NCBI GenBank assembly: GCA_963784355.1
Contig: CAWAQU010000003.1
Location: forward strand, 1-64,000
Direction of reading: 5' to 3'
Length of the DNA stretch: 64,000 nt
Origin: an uncultured bacterium
GTDB taxonomy: Bacteria > Patescibacteriota > JACMRA01
Positions within the stretch are counted from its first letter, which is position 1, and the number at the start of each line of letters is the position of its first letter. The notes beneath the pieces are model-generated. The model was not told the origin of the DNA. It searched no databases and saw only the letters and a list, made by a program, of their open reading frames with translations. The position numbers were made by a program, and so were the translations under genes. This document shows, one piece after another, positions 51,989 through 61,529 of the stretch.

Positions 51989-52559
51989 TAGCATTTTGTA
52001 GACTAAGCTTGACATCTATCATTTAAACACGCTTTTTTATGATAATAAGTAGAGTAGAAAATTTTAATCTAAAGTGAATAAACATGAGCATAAATATAGA
52101 CAATTTACCTAATTTATCTAAAGACCAACAACAATATTTGATTGAAGTTATAGAGAGGACAAAGAATATTAAAAGAGATGCTGGCGAGGAGGAAAATAAA
52201 GACTTTATTAAAAATCAGGTTCAAAATCTAACAGATGAGGAGCAGTTAGTTATATTGAATAAGTTTTCGGAAAAATATCCTGAATTTGAAATATTTAGAG
52301 ACAGATTCTTGGAGTCAAAAACTTCCGGTAGAATTTCCTTTATACTTAACATATTATCCAGCTTTTTATAAGAAACAGCAAAAACAAAATAGGTTTTTTG
52401 AAGTTCAAAATAAAATTAGTAATGCCATGATCAACCGCCTGCTGTACCAATGTTTCACTATCTTGTTGGAAGTTAATTTTAGATAATAGTCAGTAGATTT
52501 TTGCTACATATAAATAGCATTTTGTAGACTAAACTTGACAGCTATCATTTAAACACGCT
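51989..52559 (+). repeat. 45-bp direct repeat pair (51989..52033 and 52515..52559)
   Basis: TAGCATTTTGTAGACTAA(G/A)CTTGACA(T/G)CTATCATTTAAACACGCT, 2 mismatches. Confidence 0.9.
52084..52371 (+). CDS. 95-aa hypothetical protein (paralog of 35964..36251)
   Basis: Full-length similarity. Confidence 0.8.
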   Translation: MSINIDNLPNLSKDQQQYLIEVIERTKNIKRDAGEEENKDFIKNQVQNLTDEEQLVILNKFSEKYPEFEIFRDRFLESKTSGRISFILNILSSFL

Positions 52560-52583
52560 CTCTTTGCATACTAAAATATACTT

Positions 52584-52991
52584 ATGTCTACTAATGTTTT
52601 TATTAATTTACCCGTAAAAGATTTGGATAAATCTATTGAATTTTTTACTAAATTAGGTTTTCAATTCAACCCTCAATTTACTGACAAAAATGCCACTTGC
52701 ATGATTATCAGTGACAAATGTTTTGTAATGCTTTTAGTAGAAGATTTTTTCAGCACTTTTACCAATAAGCAAATCATTGATGCTACAAAAAATATTGAGG
52801 TAATTAACTCTCTGTCTTTTGAGAGTAAGGAAAAGGTGGATGAAATAGCAGAAAAAGCCATTGCAGCCGGTGCAATTATTCCAAAAGAGGCTGATGATAA
52901 AGGTTTTATGTACCAGAGAAGTTTCTTGGATTTGGACGGACACTTATGGGAAGTCTTTTACATGGACCCTAGTGCAATAAATAGCCAGTAG
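52584..52991 (+). CDS. VOC/glyoxalase family protein
   Basis: FINLPVKDL..S..FF, MY.RSF.DLDGHLWE. Confidence 0.9.
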   Translation: MSTNVFINLPVKDLDKSIEFFTKLGFQFNPQFTDKNATCMIISDKCFVMLLVEDFFSTFTNKQIIDATKNIEVINSLSFESKEKVDEIAEKAIAAGAIIPKEADDKGFMYQRSFLDLDGHLWEVFYMDPSAINSQ

Positions 52992-53017
52992 TATTTCTAG
53001 TAATTAGAGATGAATTA

Positions 53018-53043
53018 GAGCAGTTTCTGACTGTTCTTTTTTT
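53018..53043 (+). terminator. Rho-independent terminator
   Basis: GAGCAGT-TTCTG-ACTGTTC followed by a T-run. Confidence 0.6.
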
Positions 53044-53209
53044 ATGTTTTAAAGTTGGCAAATGTAAAATTTCCTGTAGATCTATAAATTTGGAGATTAC
53101 TATGATTATTTTATGTCCTTGATTGAAAGTATGATGCTCCCTCCGCTTCGTAGGACCCCTAAGATATTAACAATCTCAGGCCTAGTGACAAAATCCTCAC
53201 TACCAAAGA

Positions 53210-53229
53210 AAAACACCCCTAAAAGGGGC
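53210..53229 (-). terminator. Probable tRNA terminator
   Basis: GCCCCT-TTT-AGGGGT then GTTTTT on the minus strand. Confidence 0.55.
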
Positions 53230-53284
53230 AAAGCTACAAGCTTTTTGAAAATTTTTATTTATGTATAACGCATGTTGTATTACA

Positions 53285-53360
<76 letters not shown>

Positions 53361-53417
53361 ACAGTACTAATATTAAACTGAATATTTTTATTTTAGTCAA
53401 GATTATTTTTTGATGAG

Positions 53418-53828
53418 TTAAGCAGACAGTTTTAACGAGTTGAGGTTTTTTCTAAAAACTAAGCTAGGGTTTACTTTCACCACTACTTTACCCCAGGTTT
53501 TATAAGCATAATACAATATTATTAGACTTAAACCAAAAGTAATTACCCTAAATAAATTAGTATATTCTCCAAACATTCCACCCCAAAAACTATTATCCTC
53601 CAAATCTATTCCACCGGCTTTAGTTGCAAGATAATTATTTAGAGTCGTGACAGGGCAACCATTAAAAATTGACTGAAGCACACCCACGGTGCCAATAAAA
53701 ATTGCAGAGTAAGAAGTGTGTTTATAAATAAAAAACCTCACTAGCGAAATCGTAAATAAAATAAAAATCGTGTAGTGCAATATAATCGAGCAGCTATATA
53801 AAATATAGTAAATTGTATTGAAAATCAT
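53418..53828 (-). CDS. Membrane protein (DUF2784-like)
   Basis: H in TM1, GCPVT.L.N.L motif. Confidence 0.6.
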   Translation of the reverse strand: MIFNTIYYILYSCSIILHYTIFILFTISLVRFFIYKHTSYSAIFIGTVGVLQSIFNGCPVTTLNNYLATKAGGIDLEDNSFWGGMFGEYTNLFRVITFGLSLIILYYAYKTWGKVVVKVNPSLVFRKNLNSLKLSA

Positions 53829-53978
53829 AGTGGACTTTCATTAACAAATATTTCATTACTTGACAAGATTAAAAAAAATATCCTTAGTGGGCCACCTGGA
53901 TTGCTTTGACAAATTTGGCGCCAAAGAAAAAAGAGCAGAAGGGCTTATATATTTTCAAATATTATTGAATAAATTATT

Positions 53979-54113
53979 ATGTCTAACCTAGCTTTGGTAG
54001 CACGAATGGATGTGCTCAACACTAACTTAACTCCAGCTCTTTTTGCATTAACTTCATTTGCAGTACTCGCAGCAGCAGTGTACACACAAGTGAAACTTAA
54101 CTCAGAAAAGTAA
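53979..54113 (+). CDS. 44-aa single-TM small protein
   Basis: MSNLALVARMDVLNTNLTPALFALTSFAVLAAAVYTQVKLNSEK; followed by a strong hairpin. Confidence 0.55.
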   Translation: MSNLALVARMDVLNTNLTPALFALTSFAVLAAAVYTQVKLNSEK

Positions 54114-54140
54114 TTAAGTTTATCACAATTACTAATAAAA

Positions 54141-54167
54141 GGCCGCCTGTAAAAGGGCGGTTATTTT
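54141..54167 (+). terminator. Rho-independent terminator
   Basis: GGCCGCCT-GTAAAA-GGGCGGTT followed by ATTTT. Confidence 0.7.
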
Positions 54168-54191
54168 GTGCAATAAAAAAGATTGATTTGA

Positions 54192-54614
54192 TTATATCTT
54201 GTATGCAGACTCCTGAGATTCAAAATACCCTTTATCACTTGGCATAGTTTGTTTGCTAGTGGAAGGTTGTGGCTGTTTTTTAGTTACACTTGGTTGGGTT
54301 GTAACTGTAGGAGTAACAGTTATATTTTGAGATGAGGAAGTATCTGGGGTTGATTTAGTTGTAGTTGCTTTTGATTCTTCAGGTTGCTTTTGATTATTCT
54401 GACTATCGTCGGTAGGATTTTCTTGTAGATAGACACTAACTTCTTTATTTTGTGGACTTATTGAATTAGTTTGAGTTATGGTTGTTTTTGTCCTAGATTC
54501 AAAAATACGTGGTAAAAGAAATGTATTCAAAAACCAGAAAAATATTATGAGAATTATTATACCACCACCAACGGCGATTAAAATTTTTAAAGTCTTATTC
54601 ATAAAAAGTAGCAA
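54192..54614 (-). CDS. Membrane-anchored T/Q/S/P-rich protein
   Basis: N-terminal TM, low-complexity tail. Confidence 0.65.
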   Translation of the reverse strand: MLLFMNKTLKILIAVGGGIIILIIFFWFLNTFLLPRIFESRTKTTITQTNSISPQNKEVSVYLQENPTDDSQNNQKQPEESKATTTKSTPDTSSSQNITVTPTVTTQPSVTKKQPQPSTSKQTMPSDKGYFESQESAYKI

Positions 54615-54707
54615 GTTATTTTATAAAGCAATTTTCCTACATTATTAGACAGGTATTGTCAAATTGTAATATTTCAATTAGCATATTTTTAAATTAAATA
54701 TATTTAA

Positions 54708-55304
54708 ATGTCCAATAAAAGTAGCAAGTTTTTAGTTATTGATACAGAAACCACGGGATTGAGTCCAACAAAACATGGTTTGATCCAAATTGCGGCCCTC
54801 GCACTGGATGTAAAATTGAATATTAAAGATACTTTTGTAATGGATATTTGCCCGCCTGATGGGTACGAAGTGAGTGAGGAAGCAATGAAAATAACAGGCT
54901 TTACGCTTGAAAGAATTGAAAAAGGTGCAAGCTATAAAGAGTTTTGTGATAAATTTTCTCAATTTGTTAAAAATAATTTTGATGAGGAGCCTACTGCCAT
55001 CGGGCAATTTTACCCTTTTGACTTTGCTGTGCTAGATAATGTTTTTACTCGCTGTGGTTTTGCTGAAACAATGAGTCGAGATATATTGACCAACAAATTT
55101 ATTGATACAAAAAGTCTAGTTTTGAGCATCAACCTCAAGGCAAGTATGGCAGGCAAAGAAATACCCTTCCCTGTGGCTAGCTTATCGAAGCCTGGGGGGT
55201 TAAAAGATAAATTTGGTATCTATGATAAGTTTCAAGCACATGACGCGCTAGGAGACGTTATGGCTACTAGAGAGGTTTTGATCAATTTGCTCAATTTCAT
55301 CTAA
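54708..55304 (+). CDS. DEDDh 3'-5' exonuclease
   Basis: DTETTG, PFD, HDALGD. Confidence 0.9.
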   Translation: MSNKSSKFLVIDTETTGLSPTKHGLIQIAALALDVKLNIKDTFVMDICPPDGYEVSEEAMKITGFTLERIEKGASYKEFCDKFSQFVKNNFDEEPTAIGQFYPFDFAVLDNVFTRCGFAETMSRDILTNKFIDTKSLVLSINLKASMAGKEIPFPVASLSKPGGLKDKFGIYDKFQAHDALGDVMATREVLINLLNFI

Positions 55305-55889
55305 ATTTTTTAGGACCATTAAATTATCAAGTAACTGTGACTCAGGCAGAACAGTTTGTAACAATTTTTTGGAATGATACCCCCAAGTAGCACCGTAGAT
55401 TTGATTTTTACTTAAAATCTCACTGGCTTCCACTACATCGCCAACCGTGTCAGTAACAAATACAGTATTTTCTTTCTCAAAACCATATTCATTAAAAAGT
55501 AAATGTAGTCCGGCAACTTTAGTATTTGCTTCTTTATCACCAAGAATTACATCAAACATATCCGACTGCGGACCTAGTAGCTTTTTGCACAGTGAGCTAT
55601 AGTTATTTGTTAAGATTGCTTTTTTGCCCGGTAAATCTTTTATTTCTTCAAGGTGCTGAGAAAATATCAGATCAAATTTACCTTTGTCCAAAAACCTTTC
55701 AAAACCGATAGAAGCCCAATTTTTTATAAAGGATTCAATAAAATTTTCCTTGTGATTACTCATCATGTAATTGGTTATCCGCTTTTTTGTGGATTCCTCT
55801 GATCTAAAGGTAGCTTTAGCAAGATATTTTACAAGAGGTGCAAAAGTATTTCCAAGAACCCCGTCGAAATCAAAGACAAAATTGTTCAT
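55248..55889 (-). CDS. HAD-family hydrolase
   Basis: FDFDGVL, LTN, K, TDTVGD, WGYH. Confidence 0.85.
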   Translation of the reverse strand: MNNFVFDFDGVLGNTFAPLVKYLAKATFRSEESTKKRITNYMMSNHKENFIESFIKNWASIGFERFLDKGKFDLIFSQHLEEIKDLPGKKAILTNNYSSLCKKLLGPQSDMFDVILGDKEANTKVAGLHLLFNEYGFEKENTVFVTDTVGDVVEASEILSKNQIYGATWGYHSKKLLQTVLPESQLLDNLMVLKNLDEIEQIDQNLSSSHNVS

Positions 55890-55966
55890 TCACTTAAGCT
55901 TAACTTTTGACACAGATTTTGTAAAGGTCAGTTGACAAGTTTTGGCTTATTTACCATTGTTTTAGT

Positions 55967-58594
55967 ATGTCATCAGAAGATATTTTTAATTCCAATACAG
56001 ATGGGTTGGATTTTGATAATGAAAACACAAATCCTGAATCAAAAGAAAATGATAATGAAGCTGTCAACGAGACTACTATTGTAGAAAGTGGTGGTGTGTT
56101 TACGCTTGAAGATCAGATCGAAGCCAGAGTTTTGGAAGAAGAAATGCAGGACTCATACCTAAAATATGCCATGAGTGTAATCGTTTCTAGAGCACTCCCT
56201 GATGTAAGAGATGGACTCAAACCTGTACACAGACGTATTTTATATACCATGCACAAATTAGGCCTTACTCCCGGTGCAAAATACATGAAATGTGCTAGAG
56301 TTGTAGGAGAAGTACTTGGTAAATACCATCCCCACGGAGACATGTCCGTGTACAATGCCTTGGTACGTTTGGCTCAAGAGTTTAGCATGAGATATCCGCT
56401 TATTGATGGACAAGGAAATTTTGGATCTATTGACGGAGACTCAGCGGCGGCCATGCGTTATACTGAAAGCAAGTTGAATAGACCTGCAGTATTTTTGGTA
56501 GCTGATATTGAAAAAGACACAGTAGATTTTGTAGACAACTACGATGGAAGTCAGAGTGAGCCTTCAGTTTTGCCTACCATTTTACCTAATTTGATTATCA
56601 ATGGACAAACCGGAATTGCCGTAGGTATGGCTACCGAAATACCTCCACATAATTTGGACGAGGTAAGCAAAGCCATTTTACATTTACTGCAACACCCCGA
56701 TACCACTATAGAAGAATTGATGGAGTTTATTCCAGGACCTGATTTACCTACTGGAGGTATAATTTACGGTAAAGCAGATATTCTAAGCGCTTATAAAACA
56801 GGAAGAGGTAAATGTTTGATCAGAGCTAAAACAGAAATCAGTGAAGACAGAATTATTGTCACAGAAATCCCGTACCAGGTAAATAAAGCGGACATGCTTG
56901 TAAAAATTGCCGAGTTTATTAAAGATAAAAGGATTGATGGTATTAAAGATATCCGCGACGAGTCCAACAAAGAAGGTATCCGAATTGTAATTGAAACTAA
57001 ACGTGAAGCTAGTCCTGAAATCGTATTAAACCAACTATATAAACTCAGTGATTTACAGACAAATATTTACTTTAATCTTTTAGCCCTTGTAAACAAAGGT
57101 AGACAGCCAAAACTACTCAATTTAAAAGAGATTTTAGTTGAATTTATCAATCACAGATACGACGTTATTACCAGACGTACAAAATATGATCTCAAGAAAA
57201 CTCAAGATGAATTACACATTTTAGACGGTTTGAAAATTGCTTTGGATTTCATTGATGAAGTAGTAGCTTTAATCCGTAGCTCCGATGATAAAGAAGATGC
57301 AGCTATCAAATTGCAAGAAAGATTTAAGTTGAGCGACAGACAGACAGAAGCAGTACTGCAAATGAGATTGCAAACTTTAACCAGTCTTGATAAAGCAAAA
57401 ATTGAAGTTGAAAGAGAAGCTAAAATAAAGTTGATTGCTGAATTGCAAAATATTTTAGAGCACCAAGAGGTAAAAACTAAGTTGATATCTGATGAAATTC
57501 AGGAAATGACTGCTAAATTTAATTCCCCTAGAAGAACCAAAATTTTCGAGCAGGTAATCACTGAATACAACAAAGAAGATTTTATTGAAAATGAAGAGGT
57601 TTTGGTACAACTTACTAATGAGCAATATATTAAAGTCTTGCCTATCAGTAACTTCAGACAGCAAAATCGAGGTGGACGAGGTGTAACTAGCTTTAACCCT
57701 AAAGAGGAAGATTTAGTAAAAACTAGCATCATCTGTAATGCTCATGACTTTTTCTTTGCCTTCACAAACACAGGTAGAGTATTCAAAATTCGAGTATTTG
57801 ATTTACCAAGTGGCAGTCGGACAAGTAGAGGTCAGGCTTTAGTAAATTATTTAGATCTTAAACCCGGTGAGAAAATTACCAATATTTTAACCCTAACTAA
57901 GGATCAAGAAAAGAGCGACAATGTATATCTAGTCTTCTCTACAAAATTAGGATGTGTTAAAAAGACCAATTTACAAGACTTCGCCAATATCAGAAAAACC
58001 GGTATTATTGCGCTCAGTTTGAAAGAAAATGACCAATTGATGGAAGTAGCCTTCAACGCAAATGAAAATGACAAAATCATACTATCAGCTTCTAACGGTA
58101 AAACTGTAATCTTTGATGCAAGTAGTCTAAATCCTTTGGGAAGAGCTGCTCAAGGTGTCCGTGGAATCAAGTTGAAAAAAGGTGATGAAGTAATTAGTTT
58201 GCAAATTTCCAGCTTTGATTTTGCTCAGGGTGATGAAGAAGGCGATGGAGCATTGATTGAGGACAATTCTACCAAGTCAAAAGCTAAAATATACCCTTCC
58301 CTATTAGTTATTACTGAAAAAGGTTTCGGAAAGCAGTCTCATCTTGGAGAATACAGAAAGACCAGTAGAGCTGCCAGTGGTGTGAAGACCCTCAACATGA
58401 CTAAAAAGACCGGAAAGCCAATCCTAGTTAGAATTTTGGAAGGTAACGAGGAAAACTTAATTGTCACTACAAAAAATGGTGTCACAATACGTATTACACC
58501 AGAAGATATCTCACAACTTGGTAGAAATACTCAAGGAGTCAAAACAATTCGCTTGGATGATAATGATATGGTAGTATCAGGCGGAGTGAGCTAA
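55967..58594 (+). CDS. gyrA: DNA gyrase subunit A
   Basis: HPHGD, AAMRYTE, GyrA-box-like QNRGGRG, beta-pinwheel repeats. Confidence 0.95.
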   Translation: MSSEDIFNSNTDGLDFDNENTNPESKENDNEAVNETTIVESGGVFTLEDQIEARVLEEEMQDSYLKYAMSVIVSRALPDVRDGLKPVHRRILYTMHKLGLTPGAKYMKCARVVGEVLGKYHPHGDMSVYNALVRLAQEFSMRYPLIDGQGNFGSIDGDSAAAMRYTESKLNRPAVFLVADIEKDTVDFVDNYDGSQSEPSVLPTILPNLIINGQTGIAVGMATEIPPHNLDEVSKAILHLLQHPDTTIEELMEFIPGPDLPTGGIIYGKADILSAYKTGRGKCLIRAKTEISEDRIIVTEIPYQVNKADMLVKIAEFIKDKRIDGIKDIRDESNKEGIRIVIETKREASPEIVLNQLYKLSDLQTNIYFNLLALVNKGRQPKLLNLKEILVEFINHRYDVITRRTKYDLKKTQDELHILDGLKIALDFIDEVVALIRSSDDKEDAAIKLQERFKLSDRQTEAVLQMRLQTLTSLDKAKIEVEREAKIKLIAELQNILEHQEVKTKLISDEIQEMTAKFNSPRRTKIFEQVITEYNKEDFIENEEVLVQLTNEQYIKVLPISNFRQQNRGGRGVTSFNPKEEDLVKTSIICNAHDFFFAFTNTGRVFKIRVFDLPSGSRTSRGQALVNYLDLKPGEKITNILTLTKDQEKSDNVYLVFSTKLGCVKKTNLQDFANIRKTGIIALSLKENDQLMEVAFNANENDKIILSASNGKTVIFDASSLNPLGRAAQGVRGIKLKKGDEVISLQISSFDFAQGDEEGDGALIEDNSTKSKAKIYPSLLVITEKGFGKQSHLGEYRKTSRAASGVKTLNMTKKTGKPILVRILEGNEENLIVTTKNGVTIRITPEDISQLGRNTQGVKTIRLDDNDMVVSGGVS

Positions 58595-58702
58595 TAATTG
58601 GTAGTCAAACTAACTAGGTTTCAAAGTCTAATTATAGCACAATTTTTAGGTTTGCACAACAACTTGCTTAATTCCTAACGGAATACTAACAATGAAGCTT
58701 TG

Positions 58703-59095
58703 CTACATCTTTTTAAATTTCATGGCAGACCAAGTATCATCAACGGCAAATTGCCTATTGGCTTTCCAAGCGTAGTTTTCTTGCATAAATTTCCACAAAA
58801 TATCCCTATTTAAATCGGATTTTATGGTACCTGTTTGCTTTGGATAGCTAATCCATAATCGTATTTCAGGAGTTAGAAATTCCTTAATTTTATCCATATA
58901 TTGAATACATTCTGCTTTATCCTTGGCAAAAAAATGGATTGTCTCAGGTTTGGTTTTATTGGCAATATCAGTAATAACGTCGATTTCAGAAGTTACGGGA
59001 TCTAATATTTCTAGGTAATTTTTGGGATTGTTAAGTAGTAGTATATTTGAGCCTGGCTTGAAACCTAGTTTTTTAGCTAGTGGTGATAACGACAT
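58703..59095 (-). CDS. DUF3052-like hypothetical protein
   Basis: LAKKLG.K, W.SYPK...SDLNRD, VDDTWSA. Confidence 0.75.
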   Translation of the reverse strand: MSLSPLAKKLGFKPGSNILLLNNPKNYLEILDPVTSEIDVITDIANKTKPETIHFFAKDKAECIQYMDKIKEFLTPEIRLWISYPKQTGTIKSDLNRDILWKFMQENYAWKANRQFAVDDTWSAMKFKKM

Positions 59096-59126
59096 AGTAA
59101 TTGTGTATTATTAATTTAAATTGATT

Positions 59127-59552
59127 TTAAAAGTTCTTCCACTCAATCATTAATTCATCTCCCTCAGCTATTTTACCACCCAAACTTTCATAAAACTTAA
59201 CAGCCGTTGGATTTGATTTATTAGTAAGTACCCATGGGCATTCTAACCCTTCTTTTTTTGCTAATTCCAAAATATATTTTAACATCATACTACCAACTCC
59301 CTGTCTTCTGTAGTTCTCATCTACCTCTACTTCATAAATAAATAGTTCCGTCACTTTATTCTGAAAAAGCGGCAATCTATAAGCCGACAAAAATCCCACC
59401 GGAGTTTGCTGATCAAGAGCCACAAGTAAATATCCCTGAACTAAAAATTGTTTGAAATGCTCTACAGTAGTTTCAGATTCACATAAAAGTTTACTAGCTT
59501 GATTACAAAGCCCAAAGTCGGTTTCAGTAAGTTGTTTGATAGTTATAGACAT
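59127..59552 (-). CDS. GNAT acetyltransferase
   Basis: V...YRRQGVG, N..A..FY...G. Confidence 0.9.
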   Translation of the reverse strand: MSITIKQLTETDFGLCNQASKLLCESETTVEHFKQFLVQGYLLVALDQQTPVGFLSAYRLPLFQNKVTELFIYEVEVDENYRRQGVGSMMLKYILELAKKEGLECPWVLTNKSNPTAVKFYESLGGKIAEGDELMIEWKNF

Positions 59553-59700
59553 GTATTTTACATTTCAGCTTAAAATATACTTTTGAATTTGTTAAATTAG
59601 CTTTTAATATAAGATTGATTCTATAATTTGCAAAGCTTCTGAGTCGTCCCCTTTACATATAAAATTTAAAAATGTACTAGATATTCTATATCAATATGAT

Positions 59701-60261
59701 ATGTCTATATTTATTTCTCTTTTGCGTGGTATAAATTTAGGTAGCAGAAATCGTATCTCTATGCCGGATTTGGCTGCCCTGTATCAAAAACTTGGCTTTG
59801 ATAATGTAAAAACCTATATCCAAAGTGGAAATGTAGTATTTGAAACTGACCAAAAAATGAATTCTAAAGATTTGGAAGTTTTATTGAAGCAAGCAATTTT
59901 AGATAATTTTAACCTTCAAGTACCGGTAATTATTCGTTCATTAGATGAAATTGAGAAAATTTGCAGCCAAAACCCATTTTTAGATAAAGAAGACATGTCT
60001 AAAGATAAATTACACGTAACTTTTTTAGCCGATTTGCCAGAGCTTGTCCACACTGAAGTAGTAAAAAATCTGGACTACAAACCTGATAAATGTATTATTT
60101 TGAACAAAGAGGTTTACCTATATTGTCCCATTAATTACGGGGAAACCAAATTTTCCAACACATTTTTGGAGAAAAAGCTAAAAGTTACAGCGACTACCCG
60201 CAACTGGAGAACAGTAAGTGAATTATATAAATTGGGTTTGGAACTTGGCAAAGAAAACTGA
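59701..60261 (+). CDS. DUF1697 family protein
   Basis: LLRGIN.G, V.TYIQSGNVVF, T.RNWRTV. Confidence 0.9.
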   Translation: MSIFISLLRGINLGSRNRISMPDLAALYQKLGFDNVKTYIQSGNVVFETDQKMNSKDLEVLLKQAILDNFNLQVPVIIRSLDEIEKICSQNPFLDKEDMSKDKLHVTFLADLPELVHTEVVKNLDYKPDKCIILNKEVYLYCPINYGETKFSNTFLEKKLKVTATTRNWRTVSELYKLGLELGKEN

Positions 60262-60262
60262 T

Positions 60263-60925
60263 TTAAAACAACTCCTCGCTACCTGAATCGGTGTTTGCAA
60301 ATTCAGCTGGAATTGGTTCAGGAATCACTAAATCACTTTCCAAAAACTGCTTGATTTTCATAAAATCTGCTTTGATTTGATCTTTTTGTTCAGGAAATCT
60401 GTGGGCATTTGCCGGATGAATCAATGTTAAAACAGGAGCTGCAAAATCTGTAAATAAGGGTACTTCAAAAATTCTTCCTCGTATTTCAGTCAGTTTCGCC
60501 CGAGGTAAAAAATATTCCATGGCATATCTACCCATTGTGACAATCAATTTTGGCCTAACCATAGCAATTTCCATAGGTAAAATCGGATTCCAGTAGGTGA
60601 TTAATTTGACTGGGAGAGGCTGGCCTAACTGCTGGCTATTTTTAACTACATTTGTCAGATAAATATTTTTGCGATTTAGCCCTACCCCAGGTAAAAGCTC
60701 TTGATTAAAAATTTGACTATATGGACCGCTAAAAGGCTCGCCGTTTGCTGCATCATTTGGACCTGCAGCTTCCCCGATAAATAATACTCTACTACTTCCG
60801 TCACCGAGTGGACCTAAAACTTTTGAGTCTTCAGGCAAATTTAACTTGGCTCCCAAATTTCGGATTTCTTGAATAACCTCTTCATAGCTAACTTCTGGCA
60901 TCTGCCCTGCAAATAAAGATGACAT
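60263..60925 (-). CDS. Uracil-DNA glycosylase superfamily protein (family-4-like, no Cys cluster)
   Basis: IGEA.G..D...GEPF.G, Y.TNVVK, HPA. Confidence 0.85.
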   Translation of the reverse strand: MSSLFAGQMPEVSYEEVIQEIRNLGAKLNLPEDSKVLGPLGDGSSRVLFIGEAAGPNDAANGEPFSGPYSQIFNQELLPGVGLNRKNIYLTNVVKNSQQLGQPLPVKLITYWNPILPMEIAMVRPKLIVTMGRYAMEYFLPRAKLTEIRGRIFEVPLFTDFAAPVLTLIHPANAHRFPEQKDQIKADFMKIKQFLESDLVIPEPIPAEFANTDSGSEELF

Positions 60926-61111
60926 GATCTAATTTACAAACAGCAGTCCAATTTTGTAAAGATTTTTATAGTTTTATGGATTCTTTTTTAAAAGAATGAA
61001 TTTTAGAGTATTAAATTTTATGACGATTTATTAATTTAAACCATTTTTTCCAAAAGAAAAACCACCCACATCGATCTAGTAAGTAGCTTTCAAAATAAAA
61101 GACTAAATAAA

Positions 61112-61384
61112 CTAGTCGGGAAGGATGATTACGTCGGTAACAACTTTATTTACCCTAACTTTACGCAAAAGAGTTTGACCGGCAACCTGAATTAGATCGC
61201 CTTTTTCAATACTATTAGTAGTTTTGGGCAGGCCTGTTATAACAGCGTACGTCTCAACTAGGTAATAAGACTCTGGAGGATAAATAGCTATCAGCTTTAA
61301 GCCTAAGTCCTCTCCTTTCCTTAGGAGATCTCCATTAGGTAAGAGCTGGTATTTAGTGCCTGTACTGAATGTTATTTCCAACAT
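61112..61384 (-). CDS. Hypothetical protein
   Basis: 90-aa ORF. Confidence 0.55.
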   Translation of the reverse strand: MLEITFSTGTKYQLLPNGDLLRKGEDLGLKLIAIYPPESYYLVETYAVITGLPKTTNSIEKGDLIQVAGQTLLRKVRVNKVVTDVIILPD

Positions 61385-61529
61385 GATCTAATCCTTTGCA
61401 TCAAAATTGCAATAAACTTGGACTAATTTTATATATAGCACGTTTTTATAGTTCTGGCAATTCAATTTGTGGCAAACTTAAGATTGTTATACAAGTTTTA
61501 AAAAGTGAACGCTTTGTATTTTCAGCATA

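Larger units (their letters stand above)
3500..52559. mobile_element. Integrated conjugative element / integrated plasmid (boundaries approximate)
   Basis: T4SS, relaxase, coupling protein, ParA, Rep-like gene, tyrosine recombinase and umuDC, contiguous with tRNA-Asn, gyrA and thrS. Confidence 0.75.
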
